Notes under the pieces: model-generated
What the model was told of the DNA's origin: nothing
Seen by the model: only the letters and a program-made list of their open reading frames with translations
The model's database searches: none
Shown here: in pieces, positions 1-7,794 of the stretch
How positions within the stretch are numbered: position 1 is the first letter of the stretch
Layout of the letters: every line of letters begins with the position of its first letter
Assembly: GCA_021774075.1 (NCBI GenBank)
Contig: JAJFJK010000038.1
Span: 4,880 to 68,879, forward strand
From: Nitrosomonas sp.
GTDB lineage: Bacteria; Pseudomonadota; Gammaproteobacteria; Burkholderiales; Nitrosomonadaceae
Direction of reading: 5' to 3'
DNA length: 64,000 bases
Program-made: the position numbers and the translations under genes

Positions 1-504
1 ATCATTGATAGTTTTGAGGCTCAACCAGGTCGAGGCATACCGATTGGCAACTTAACAAGCCAGTATTTTGCCAACCATTATTTAGCCGGTCTTGATCACT
101 TCATTAAGGAACAGTTAAACTGCAAATACTATGTGCGTTACATGGATGATATGGTGCTTTGGCATCGTGAAAAACAATATCTAAAGGATGCGCGAAATGC
201 CATTGTAGATTTTGTAAACACACGGCTTAATTTGAATTTGAAGCCTGAGTTACTGAATTTAGCGCAACGTGGCGTGCCATTCTGCGGATATTTGATATTT
301 CCGCACCATATCCGGCTATCGCAGCGTAGTAAAAAGCGCTTTGCTAAAAATTTCCAATATCTGGATGAGCAATACCAAACCGGTGCATTGAGCGAGGCAG
401 AATGCCAACGGCGTGTGTTGCCATTGATTGCGTTCACCCAACATGCCGATGCGACTGAGTTTAGAAAAGATATCATGCAACAAAACAATTCTACAAATTT
501 GTGA
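1..504 (+). CDS. Reverse transcriptase, C-terminal part (5' end outside the window), diversity-generating retroelement (DGR) type
   Basis: Frame 1 is open from base 1. Translation gives GRGIPIGNLTSQYFANHYL (RT motif 4 with the IGxxxSQ signature typical of DGR RTs), then YMDD (catalytic motif 5) at 130-141. Stop TGA at 502-504. Confidence 0.8.
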   Translation: MIDSFEAQPGRGIPIGNLTSQYFANHYLAGLDHFIKEQLNCKYYVRYMDDMVLWHREKQYLKDARNAIVDFVNTRLNLNLKPELLNLAQRGVPFCGYLIFPHHIRLSQRSKKRFAKNFQYLDEQYQTGALSEAECQRRVLPLIAFTQHADATEFRKDIMQQNNSTNL

Positions 505-1241
505 AAGCAGAGAAAATGCAATCCACCATCACCGTTTCTCTTCCCTCCGGTCAGGCCATTGACTTCATTTTTGTCGAAGGCGGTGAATTTGTTATGGGCA
601 ACGACGATAGTCAGTTTGGTAGAGAAAGGCCAACCCATCAAGTAAAAGTCTCTTCATTTTATATTGGTAAATACCCGTTAACGCAAAGCCAGTGGCAAGC
701 AATCATGGGTGAGAACCCTTCTCGATTTCAGGGTGAAAATCGTCCGGTGGATAGTGTTTCTTGGTCTGATGTGCAGTATTTTATACTTAAGCTGAATGAA
801 CAAACGGGTGAACAATTTCGTTTGCCCACTGAAGCTGAGTGGGAATATGCGGCGCGTGGTGGCAAATATAGTCAGGGTTACACTTATTCAGGCAGCGACA
901 AGCTGAAACAAGTGGGTTGGTATAGTGAAAACAGTAATGATGAAACACATGAAGTTGGTTTGCTGCTGGCGAATGAATTAGGTATTTATGATATGAGTGG
1001 CAATGTATGGGAATGGTGTGCGGATTGGTACAGTGAGGATTATTATGAAGGTTGTCAGAAACAAGGCGTAATCGAAAACCCAACAGGCCCTGGCAATGGC
1101 GACTATCGTGTCATTCGTGGCGGCGGCTCTTTCGACAACCCGCTGGACTGCCGCGCTACGTATCGGGGCAGGTATCTACCCGGCCACCGTGGCGACTACG
1201 TTGGTTTCCGGTTGGTTCTTCTCCCCCAGTCAGTGGGTTAG
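501..1241 (+). CDS. FGE/sulfatase-modifying-factor-fold (C-type lectin fold) protein, likely the DGR target
   Basis: Motifs GKYPLTQSQW, RLPTEAEWEYAARGG, YDMSGNVWEWC and GFRLV are typical of the FGE-sulfatase domain. The GTG at 501 overlaps the RT stop (GTGA). An alternative ATG lies at 516. Confidence 0.8.
   Translation: MKAEKMQSTITVSLPSGQAIDFIFVEGGEFVMGNDDSQFGRERPTHQVKVSSFYIGKYPLTQSQWQAIMGENPSRFQGENRPVDSVSWSDVQYFILKLNEQTGEQFRLPTEAEWEYAARGGKYSQGYTYSGSDKLKQVGWYSENSNDETHEVGLLLANELGIYDMSGNVWEWCADWYSEDYYEGCQKQGVIENPTGPGNGDYRVIRGGGSFDNPLDCRATYRGRYLPGHRGDYVGFRLVLLPQSVG
1085..1241 (+). other. Putative DGR variable region (VR) at the 3' end of the target gene; boundaries approximate
   Basis: This stretch is visibly GC-rich and adenine-poor compared with the rest of the ORF. 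It sits at the extreme C-terminus of a CLec/FGE fold, where DGR VRs normally lie. No template repeat is present in the window. Confidence 0.45.
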
Positions 1242-1355
1242 TCGTTCGGCTTTCCCGTGAGCAATAATCCCCGGAGGGGCAGGAAAAAAGAATCAAAGTA
1301 GTACTGCAAGCAAGGAGGGAGGGACGACCGAATGGCGCAGTACGGCAAGATCGCG

Positions 1356-1502
1356 TTATTTCCCAATACAGAAATGCGAAAAAATCTCGCCGAGCAAATC
1401 ACCTGCGGTAAATCTTCCGGTAATCGCTGATATAGCCTTTTGCGAAAGGCGCAATTCTTCGGCCAATGCTTTCAGGTTGCCAATTCCTTCTTCGGGGAAA
1501 GC
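1356..1502 (-). pseudogene. Remnant copy of the mnmE 3' end (last ~48 codons plus stop)
   Basis: Bases 1356-1401 are identical over 46 nt to 2422-2467, the 3' end of intact mnmE. Minus-strand translation is ...[36 protein letters not shown], compared with MnmE ...[36 protein letters not shown]. Confidence 0.8.
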
Positions 1503-1519
1503 GGAGTGCTAAGTCATGG

Positions 1520-1687
1520 TTATGTTTTTTCTTGGTCAATTACCTGTCCGGGGTCTATACGTACTGGCCTGCCATTCTGGAAGATGATGGCATATTGTCC
1601 CAGGCGTCTTTTTCTGTCCAAAGCGGCCATTACAGCACGCCTGAGTGCGTCTTTAACTTGCTGTGATTGATGTTGAATTTCAGTCAT
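1520..1687 (-). CDS. Small hypothetical protein (55 aa) overlapping the stop of the zeta-like gene
   Basis: Manual translation: MTEIQHQSQQVKDALRRAVMAALDRKRRLGQYAIIFQNGRPVRIDPGQVIDQEKT. Its ATG overlaps the upstream stop (ATGACTGA). It falls below the ORF-track length cut-off. Confidence 0.35.
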   Translation of the reverse strand: MTEIQHQSQQVKDALRRAVMAALDRKRRLGQYAIIFQNGRPVRIDPGQVIDQEKT

Positions 1688-2261
1688 GCTGCATCTGCTC
1701 TAGTAGGTTATTAAAAAGCATCGAATTCTCGATGGTTTGACCTTTTGCATCTTGGACAAAAATTACTTCAGGTTCTGAACCTGAGTTATCCAGACAAATT
1801 GTTGAATGACATATGGGCGCATATTGTTTTAGAAGGTTGGTGATACTACGCGGATATCGCCTGACAATCGCTTCACGTGGAATATCATGACCACCATGTG
1901 CCACTCGCTCCGCAACACGTTCAATAGACATTTCGACGCTGGGTAACCACAAGTAGAACAAATACACTTGCCAACCATCAGTAATCATCTTCTGAATTAA
2001 TCGCAAATAGGTTTTACCTGAAAGCGTTGTCTCAAAAGCAAAACTCTCACGTCGTTCAATATAATCCCGAATCTCTGTTAGAAACAACCGGCTTGCTGTT
2101 AACCACTCTTTTTCAGGTGATAAGGGTGATAGACCTGCGGCAATCAAATCAGCATTAACAAAGTTTCGACAATGTGCAATTTCTGGAAGATAGGTTAGTG
2201 CAAAAGTGGTTTTCCCTGCCCCATTGGGGCCAGCGATAATACGACAAACTGGCGGGCTCAC
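1680..2261 (-). CDS. Zeta-toxin-like P-loop kinase/ATPase (COG4185-type)
   Basis: Walker A motif IIAGPNGAGKTT, followed by FVNADLIA, FAFETTLSG, ERVAHGGHDIPREAIVRRY and a CLDNS layout typical of zeta-toxin-family proteins. GTG start. Confidence 0.75.
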   Translation of the reverse strand: MSPPVCRIIAGPNGAGKTTFALTYLPEIAHCRNFVNADLIAAGLSPLSPEKEWLTASRLFLTEIRDYIERRESFAFETTLSGKTYLRLIQKMITDGWQVYLFYLWLPSVEMSIERVAERVAHGGHDIPREAIVRRYPRSITNLLKQYAPICHSTICLDNSGSEPEVIFVQDAKGQTIENSMLFNNLLEQMQHD

Positions 2262-2368
2262 ACTTTCACCTCCACAATCGTCATGGTGTCCTTGCCAAAG
2301 CTATTTACTATTTTTACCGCGGTTTTACGTCGTCGAGGTCTCGCTTTCTGGGAATCAGTTAATTTCAT
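2258..2368 (-). CDS. Small ORF (36 aa), candidate antitoxin, translationally coupled to the zeta-like gene
   Basis: Manual translation: MKLTDSQKARPRRRKTAVKIVNSFGKDTMTIVEVKV. Its TGA overlaps the GTG of the downstream gene (GTGA). Confidence 0.3.
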   Translation of the reverse strand: MKLTDSQKARPRRRKTAVKIVNSFGKDTMTIVEVKV

Positions 2369-2421
2369 TCATTAATTATTTCAATTAAGTTGCAATCAAA
2401 GTTTTCTTAGTCTATCAGAGA

Positions 2422-3783
2422 TTATTTCCCAATACAGAAATGCGAAAAAATCTCGCCGAGCAAATCATCCGCCGTAAATCTTCCGGTAATCGCTGATAAA
2501 GCATCTTGTGAAAGGCGCAGTTCTTCCGCCAGTAGTTCCAGTTGGTATTCATTCTGGGTGTAGGTTTGAGCGCATTCCAAATGGTTTTTTGCTGCGGTTA
2601 ATGCTGCCAGATGGCGTTGTCTGGCCATAAACAGGCCTTCACCGGCATTGTTGGATTGCCAGCCGGCCATGTCGAGTAATTTTTTCCGTAGCAGGGTAAT
2701 ACCGGCACCTGTTTTGGCGGAGAGGTAGATGACAAAATTGTTGTTGATTTCTTCAATTCTTGGGGCTTCATCGCATAAATCTATTTTGTTGACGATGGTG
2801 AGCAGCGGTTTATCGGCGAGCAGATTAAGCAAAGATTCCGGTTTTGTATCGCTAATATGCTGGCTGCAATCGATCAGCCAGATAATGATGTCGGCATTTT
2901 CAATCGCTGCATGGGTACGCGCAATGCCTTTTTGTTCGACGATATCTTCGGTTTCACGCAGGCCTGCGGTGTCAATGATATGCAGGGGAATGCCTTCGAT
3001 TTTAATGGCTTGTTGAATGGTGTCACGGGTTGTTCCGGGAATTTCTGTGACGATGGCCACGTCATCTTCAGCCAATTGGTTGAGCAGGCTGGATTTGCCG
3101 ACATTGGGTTGGCCGACTAACACGACTTTTATGCCTTCTTGTAGTAACTTGCCTTGTTGTGCTGAGGTTAGCACTTGTTCGAGATGTTGCTGGATGTCGT
3201 TCAGTTTGTCTTTTATTTGTAATGTTTGCAGGTTATCTATTTCTTCTTCGGGGAAATCGAGCGTGGCTTCGATGAGTATGCGCAGGGTTGTTAGTGCGCT
3301 GACCAATTCGTCGATGGTTGTTGAGAAATGGCCTTGCAATGAGCGTATTGCACAGCGTGCCGCTTGTGTGGTGCTGGCTTCAATAATGTCGGCCACGCTT
3401 TCAGCCTGAACCAGATCAAGTTTGTTATTGAGATAGGCGCGCAGCGTGAATTCGCCGGGTTGCGCCAGACGGGCACCGCTTGCGATGCATTGGTCGAGCA
3501 GCAGATTCATGATGGCCGGGCCACCGTGCCCTTGTAATTCCAGGACATCTTCACCGGTGTAAGAGTTGGGTGCCGGAAAATAGAGCGCAATGCCTTGATC
3601 AATGACTTGTCCATCGGCATCAAGAAATTGGCTTAATGAAGCATAACGGGGTTTGGGTTGTTTCCCAAGCAGGGTTTGGGTCAGTTGCTGCAGATTGTTG
3701 CCAGAGATGCGGATAACGCCAATCCCGCCGCGACCGGGCGGGGTTGCAATGGCTGCAATAATTTCAGCTTGAGGCCTTCCCAT
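2422..3783 (-). CDS. mnmE: tRNA uridine-5-carboxymethylaminomethyl modification GTPase MnmE (TrmE)
   Basis: Full-length 453 aa. G-domain motifs GQPNVGKSSLLN and DTAGLR, and the C-terminal CIGK signature. Conserved position next to yidC. Confidence 0.97.
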   Translation of the reverse strand: MGRPQAEIIAAIATPPGRGGIGVIRISGNNLQQLTQTLLGKQPKPRYASLSQFLDADGQVIDQGIALYFPAPNSYTGEDVLELQGHGGPAIMNLLLDQCIASGARLAQPGEFTLRAYLNNKLDLVQAESVADIIEASTTQAARCAIRSLQGHFSTTIDELVSALTTLRILIEATLDFPEEEIDNLQTLQIKDKLNDIQQHLEQVLTSAQQGKLLQEGIKVVLVGQPNVGKSSLLNQLAEDDVAIVTEIPGTTRDTIQQAIKIEGIPLHIIDTAGLRETEDIVEQKGIARTHAAIENADIIIWLIDCSQHISDTKPESLLNLLADKPLLTIVNKIDLCDEAPRIEEINNNFVIYLSAKTGAGITLLRKKLLDMAGWQSNNAGEGLFMARQRHLAALTAAKNHLECAQTYTQNEYQLELLAEELRLSQDALSAITGRFTADDLLGEIFSHFCIGK

Positions 3784-3845
3784 ATGGTTGCCGCATTTAG
3801 AAATTTTAACAGGGCATCATGCACTGATGCCCTGAAATATAAATA

Positions 3846-5828
3846 TTACTTCTTTCTTGCTTTTCTAGGTCTGCCCCTTGGCTTAGGCTTAGGCTTGGCC
3901 TTGGAATTAGCGTCGGTGGCCGTAGTTGCAGTCTTAGCCGTAGCCGCTGCAGCAGGTTGGCTTGGTTTTTCTTGTTTGACGGGCTTGTCGTCGGAAGAAC
4001 TTTCTTTTGCTTCTTCTTCAACTTTGCTGTCTGTGTCTTTAGCTTCCACGTCGTCATCAGAAGGCGCGGGCAGCTCTAACGTCTCTTCCTCATCATCAGT
4101 GGATTTGGCTGTGCCCTTACCTCTGCTTTTATTCTTTTCTTCTTCGGCTGCGGCCTTTTTCTCAAACATGCGCGTGATCTGCCATTGCTGAGCGATGGAG
4201 AGGATATTGTTACACAGTGAGTAAAGTACTAACCCGGATGGGAAAAAGAAGAAGAAAATACTAAACGCAACAGGCATAATCTGCATGACTTTTGCCTGAA
4301 TAGGATCTGTTGGTTTGGGGCTGAGTTTGGATTGTACCCACATGGAAACACCCATTACCAATGGGAGTACATAATAGGGGTCGGGTACGGACATGTCCGT
4401 GATCCATAAAGCCAAAGGCGAATAACGTAACTCAACGGCCGCCAACAACGTCCAGAACAGAGCAATAAATACCGGGATCTGAACCAGGATCGGCAAACAA
4501 CCACCCATTGGGTTAATTTTTTCCGCTTTATAAAACTCCATCATGGCTTGATGCATACGTTGGCGGTCACTGGAATATTGCTCGCGTATGCGCTGCAATC
4601 TAGGTGTGACCACGCGTAATTTAGCCATAGAACGGTAACCGGCAGCAGATAATGGGAAAAATATCAGTTTGACGGTTAAAGTCAGGAGAATAATGGCGAC
4701 CCCCCAATTATCAACATAAGAGTGATAGAAGGAAAGCAACGTAAATAATGGCACTGCCAGTATAGTTAACCAACCATAGTCAACGGTTAGCTCAAGCCCT
4801 GGAGATAATTCAGCCAGTTTCTTTTGTTCTTGTGGGCCAGCATAAAACGGCATGCTGATGCTATGTATTTGGCCCGGCTCAACAGCACCCACGGGGGCAA
4901 TAACACCCGCCGTATACTGGTTAGGCGCCAAGCGCTTGGCATAATATTCACGCGGGCTACCGTCTTCCGGCAACCAGGCGGTCAGAAAATAATGCTCAAG
5001 CATGGCAACCCAGCCATTATCGGCATTGGTGGGATATTCCGCTTTATTTTTATCCAGATCGGAAAAATGTATTTTCTGAAACTTTTCTTCTTCCGTGTAG
5101 AGCACTGGCCCTGTATAGGAGTGCGACAGGAAGCCTGTGCCCACTGGCTTGTTTGGGTCACGCAGCATCTGGAAGTATGAGAATGGCATAATTGTAGAAT
5201 CGCTATGATTTACAATTTCAAACTCAACATCAATGACATACTGGCCTCGATGGAAGGTGTAAATTTTTGCGACTTGTATACCATTCACTTCCGGTGCCAA
5301 CAGACGGACAACCACCTTGTCTTCGCCCGGTCTCAGTTCATAGTTATAAATATTCGAATCAACGGTGTATTTTGTTTTATGGCTGGGCAAGCCGTCACCA
5401 ATCAATCCGGATTGCGCCACTTGAAAACGCGTGGCCTGGTCCAGTAATAAGCTGTAGGGCTTGCTTTCATCCTCTCTGGAAGGATGTTCCAATAAACCAA
5501 GCTGACGTATATCGCCGCCCGCTGTATCAATTTCAACCACCACCATATCCGTTGTGACTTGAACTTTTTCGCCAATATCCAATAAGTTAGGTGTTATGGA
5601 TGGGTCGGTGCTCTCTATTCCAGCAGCAATGCCGGAACCTCCGGTTGAAGGGGCAAGTTCATCGCCTGGAACAGGCAGGGGATCATGACGCTGATCGGTG
5701 GTGCTGGTTACTGCGCCGCCGGATGCTAATTGCGGGGCGGTGGAATTTAATTCTTTCCGCCACGATTCCCACAGAAACAGCAGTGAAGTGGATAAAATAA
5801 TAATGAGTAGAAGTTTTTTTGTTTCCAT
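3846..5828 (-). CDS. yidC: Membrane protein insertase YidC with a long charged C-terminal tail
   Basis: N-terminal TM segment, a large periplasmic domain, and a conserved TM core (GGCLPILVQIPVFIALF). Lies between yidD and mnmE. An extra ~110-aa acidic/lysine-rich tail ends in KPRGRPRKARKK. Confidence 0.97.
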   Translation of the reverse strand: METKKLLLIIILSTSLLFLWESWRKELNSTAPQLASGGAVTSTTDQRHDPLPVPGDELAPSTGGSGIAAGIESTDPSITPNLLDIGEKVQVTTDMVVVEIDTAGGDIRQLGLLEHPSREDESKPYSLLLDQATRFQVAQSGLIGDGLPSHKTKYTVDSNIYNYELRPGEDKVVVRLLAPEVNGIQVAKIYTFHRGQYVIDVEFEIVNHSDSTIMPFSYFQMLRDPNKPVGTGFLSHSYTGPVLYTEEEKFQKIHFSDLDKNKAEYPTNADNGWVAMLEHYFLTAWLPEDGSPREYYAKRLAPNQYTAGVIAPVGAVEPGQIHSISMPFYAGPQEQKKLAELSPGLELTVDYGWLTILAVPLFTLLSFYHSYVDNWGVAIILLTLTVKLIFFPLSAAGYRSMAKLRVVTPRLQRIREQYSSDRQRMHQAMMEFYKAEKINPMGGCLPILVQIPVFIALFWTLLAAVELRYSPLALWITDMSVPDPYYVLPLVMGVSMWVQSKLSPKPTDPIQAKVMQIMPVAFSIFFFFFPSGLVLYSLCNNILSIAQQWQITRMFEKKAAAEEEKNKSRGKGTAKSTDDEEETLELPAPSDDDVEAKDTDSKVEEEAKESSSDDKPVKQEKPSQPAAAATAKTATTATDANSKAKPKPKPRGRPRKARKK

Positions 5829-5989
5829 TTTTATTTGGTCAGGTTAATTTTTCCGACAATATCCTTAAATTGTTGTGCATTTCACAGTTTCCAGGGTTAG
5901 CCTTATTTGCATATTGCAGCACTATTATTGTCGATATGCTTTAAATAGCCACGCTGTAGTCGGGCATCTAAACCCAATAAGCTTGTTTG

Positions 5990-6199
5990 TTAAGGCACAG
6001 GTTCATAGCCACCTTTGCCCCAAGGGTTGCAACGCAGTATACGCCAGATGCTCAGCCGCATTCCACGCAAGAATCCATGTTTAGCCAGAGCTTCACAAGC
6101 ATATTGTGAACAGGTCGGGCTAAAACGGCAGGAAGGCGCCAGTAATGGGCTAATGCAGTATTGATAAAGTTTAATTAAACCAATAACTAACCGTGACAT
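5990..6199 (-). CDS. yidD: Membrane protein insertion efficiency factor YidD
   Basis: 69 aa with [19 protein letters not shown] and the conserved Cys pattern. Sits between rnpA and yidC. Confidence 0.9.
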   Translation of the reverse strand: MSRLVIGLIKLYQYCISPLLAPSCRFSPTCSQYACEALAKHGFLRGMRLSIWRILRCNPWGKGGYEPVP

Positions 6200-6585
6200 T
6201 GTTGTAGTTGAAGCATGAGTAATTTGGCTTCAGTGGTTAATTGTAATGTATTATTCTTTGCAACAGGACGACGCAATCGGATTACCCAATCCAACTGTAT
6301 AGTTTTTTCATCCCGTTGATGCATGCGAAACATTTCCCTAAATATGCGTTTGGCCCGATTTCGCCTAACTGCACGCCGCTCCACTTTTTTGGCAACAATA
6401 AGCCCTAATCGAGGATAAGCAAGATTATTGGGCTTAACGTACATTTGAATAAGATCGCTGCTGGCCTGACACTTAAAACGCATTACCGCAGTAAACTCTT
6501 CTGCTTTATGTAATCTGTGGCTTTTTGGCAGGGAATGAGTTTCTACAAAGCTAATAATAGATTTTTGATATCCAATAAAAATCAA
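6187..6585 (-). CDS. rnpA: Ribonuclease P protein component (start codon uncertain)
   Basis: [13 protein letters not shown]..., [10 protein letters not shown] and a basic RRNRAKR motif. Lies directly downstream of rpmH. The track start is a TTG overlapping the rpmH stop, so the true start may be further downstream. Confidence 0.9.
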   Translation of the reverse strand: MIFIGYQKSIISFVETHSLPKSHRLHKAEEFTAVMRFKCQASSDLIQMYVKPNNLAYPRLGLIVAKKVERRAVRRNRAKRIFREMFRMHQRDEKTIQLDWVIRLRRPVAKNNTLQLTTEAKLLMLQLQQCHG

Positions 6586-6716
6586 ACACCCAGTCGAGTA
6601 CGACCTTTTGCGCGACGCGCTCTAATAATAGCTGCGCCACTACGTGTCTTCATGCGTACAAGGAAACCATGTGTACGCCTTCTTTTTATAACTGAAGGCT
6701 GATAAGTACGTTTCAT
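6582..6716 (-). CDS. rpmH: 50S ribosomal protein L34
   Basis: Manual translation: [44 protein letters not shown] (44 aa). It falls below the ORF-track length cut-off. Confidence 0.95.
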   Translation of the reverse strand: MKRTYQPSVIKRRRTHGFLVRMKTRSGAAIIRARRAKGRTRLGV

Positions 6717-7065
6717 TTCTCTCTCAAATTCTTAAGTCAATAGAACCCGCTATTACAACCTGTTATGGGGTCTGATGTCAACTGTATTTTAGCGATAATT
6801 CAAATTGATTGATTTGTCGGTATAAAAGAAATGTGCGTTTCTTGATGACACTGTACCTTTGGCCAATTTGCCAACAAGAAATATATAGATATATTGTGGA
6901 TTAGCGTTTACACGGGATTAGCCTGAATATTGCATCAGTTGCTGGAATATTCAGATTAGTATGCAATGAATTTTCAATCGTTGCATTTCTTAAAATGTGG
7001 AATTACACTGACAATACAGATAACTTAACAATAAAGTTTCAGTGGGTTCGGGGAGGAAAACAATA

Positions 7066-7530
7066 ATGAATTTTGCGGCAGTAGTTAATCATCGATCTGA
7101 AGATCGTCGTCAGGGCATGCCATTTTTCTGCGCGTATCATATGGGGATTAGGCCCGGTAGACGGATGAATGAGCGTAGATTCAGTAAAGGGGGGGCGGCA
7201 TATGTTGACCGCTATTCGAATCATTTAATGTTTTGTGTCATTGGTATTTTGTTACTCAGTATATGTGATGCTGTTTTTACATTAAGGATACTGGCGAATG
7301 GCGGTGAAGAGCTGAATTGGTTTATGGCGGTGCTCATTGAAGACAATGTGAGTAAATTTATTGCTTTTAAATTAGCGCTGACATCTTTGGCGCTTATCTT
7401 ATTGGTTATTCATCATAATGTGCGGCTTACGAGTAAACTGTATGTACGTCATCTGAAATACATGATTTTGACGGGTTATAGCATATTAATTGGTTATGAA
7501 TTACACTTGCTTAATCTTGCTGCGGCATAG
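7066..7530 (+). CDS. Small integral membrane protein (possibly DUF5658-like)
   Basis: ATG at 7066 preceded by GGAGG. Arg-rich N-terminus followed by 3 predicted TM helices. The longer track ORF from 7042 lacks an RBS. Confidence 0.55.
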   Translation: MNFAAVVNHRSEDRRQGMPFFCAYHMGIRPGRRMNERRFSKGGAAYVDRYSNHLMFCVIGILLLSICDAVFTLRILANGGEELNWFMAVLIEDNVSKFIAFKLALTSLALILLVIHHNVRLTSKLYVRHLKYMILTGYSILIGYELHLLNLAAA

Positions 7531-7568
7531 TGATCAAGTTGTAAATGTAAACTAACCAAAGGATAGAA

Positions 7569-7775
7569 ATGACTGACAGTGAACAAAAAATAGTAATTGA
7601 TGGTAATGAATATTTATTGTCATCACTCAGTGATGAAGCGAAGGCGCAGATTGGTAATCTACAGTTTGTGGAGAGCGAGATTGCACGATTGAAAGCGAAA
7701 TTAGCCGTAGCCAGTACCGCAAAACTTGCCTATCAGGCCGCATTAAAAAATGCCATTCCAACGGAAACGCATTGA
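7569..7775 (+). CDS. Hypothetical small coiled-coil protein (68 aa)
   Basis: AAAGGA RBS upstream of the ATG. Amphipathic helix region (EIARLKAKLAVASTAKLAYQAAL). Confidence 0.45.
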   Translation: MTDSEQKIVIDGNEYLLSSLSDEAKAQIGNLQFVESEIARLKAKLAVASTAKLAYQAALKNAIPTETH

Positions 7776-7794
7776 TTAATCGGTAAAATAGAAA

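Noticed and set aside
1261-1285. A small CCCC-GGA-GGGG hairpin after the putative VR, as a DGR target-recognition hairpin or IMH-associated structure.
   Set aside because: The stem is only 4 bp, so it is too weak to call without the TR/IMH* counterpart for comparison.
1052-1670. Track ORFs 1052-1267, 1440-1670 and 1466-1666 (+).
   Set aside because: The first is an alternative frame across the GC-rich putative VR. The other two run antisense to the mnmE remnant and the 55-aa ORF. None has an RBS or recognisable motifs.
3658-4191. Long antisense or alternative-frame ORFs inside confident genes. Examples: 3658-4191 in yidC/mnmE, 26864-27373 and 27479-27898 in the S-layer gene, 42744-43187 in paralogue B, and 55216-55665 in gdhA.
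   Set aside because: They overlap well-supported genes on the opposite strand and have low-complexity or repeat-driven composition. They are explained by the codon bias of the real gene.
6717-7041. Possible oriC or dnaA-type origin region upstream of rpmH, because rpmH-rnpA-yidC-mnmE is usually origin-proximal.
   Set aside because: Only one decent DnaA-box-like 9-mer (TGTGGATTA at 6895-6903) was found. No dnaA gene is adjacent, and there is no cluster of boxes or obvious AT-rich 13-mer repeats. I treat it as an ordinary promoter region.
7042-7775. Whether the Arg-rich membrane protein and the 68-aa coiled-coil protein belong to the T1SS/S-layer system.
   Set aside because: They lie on the opposite strand from the T1SS operon, and no recognisable functional motif links them to it. 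They are left as hypothetical.
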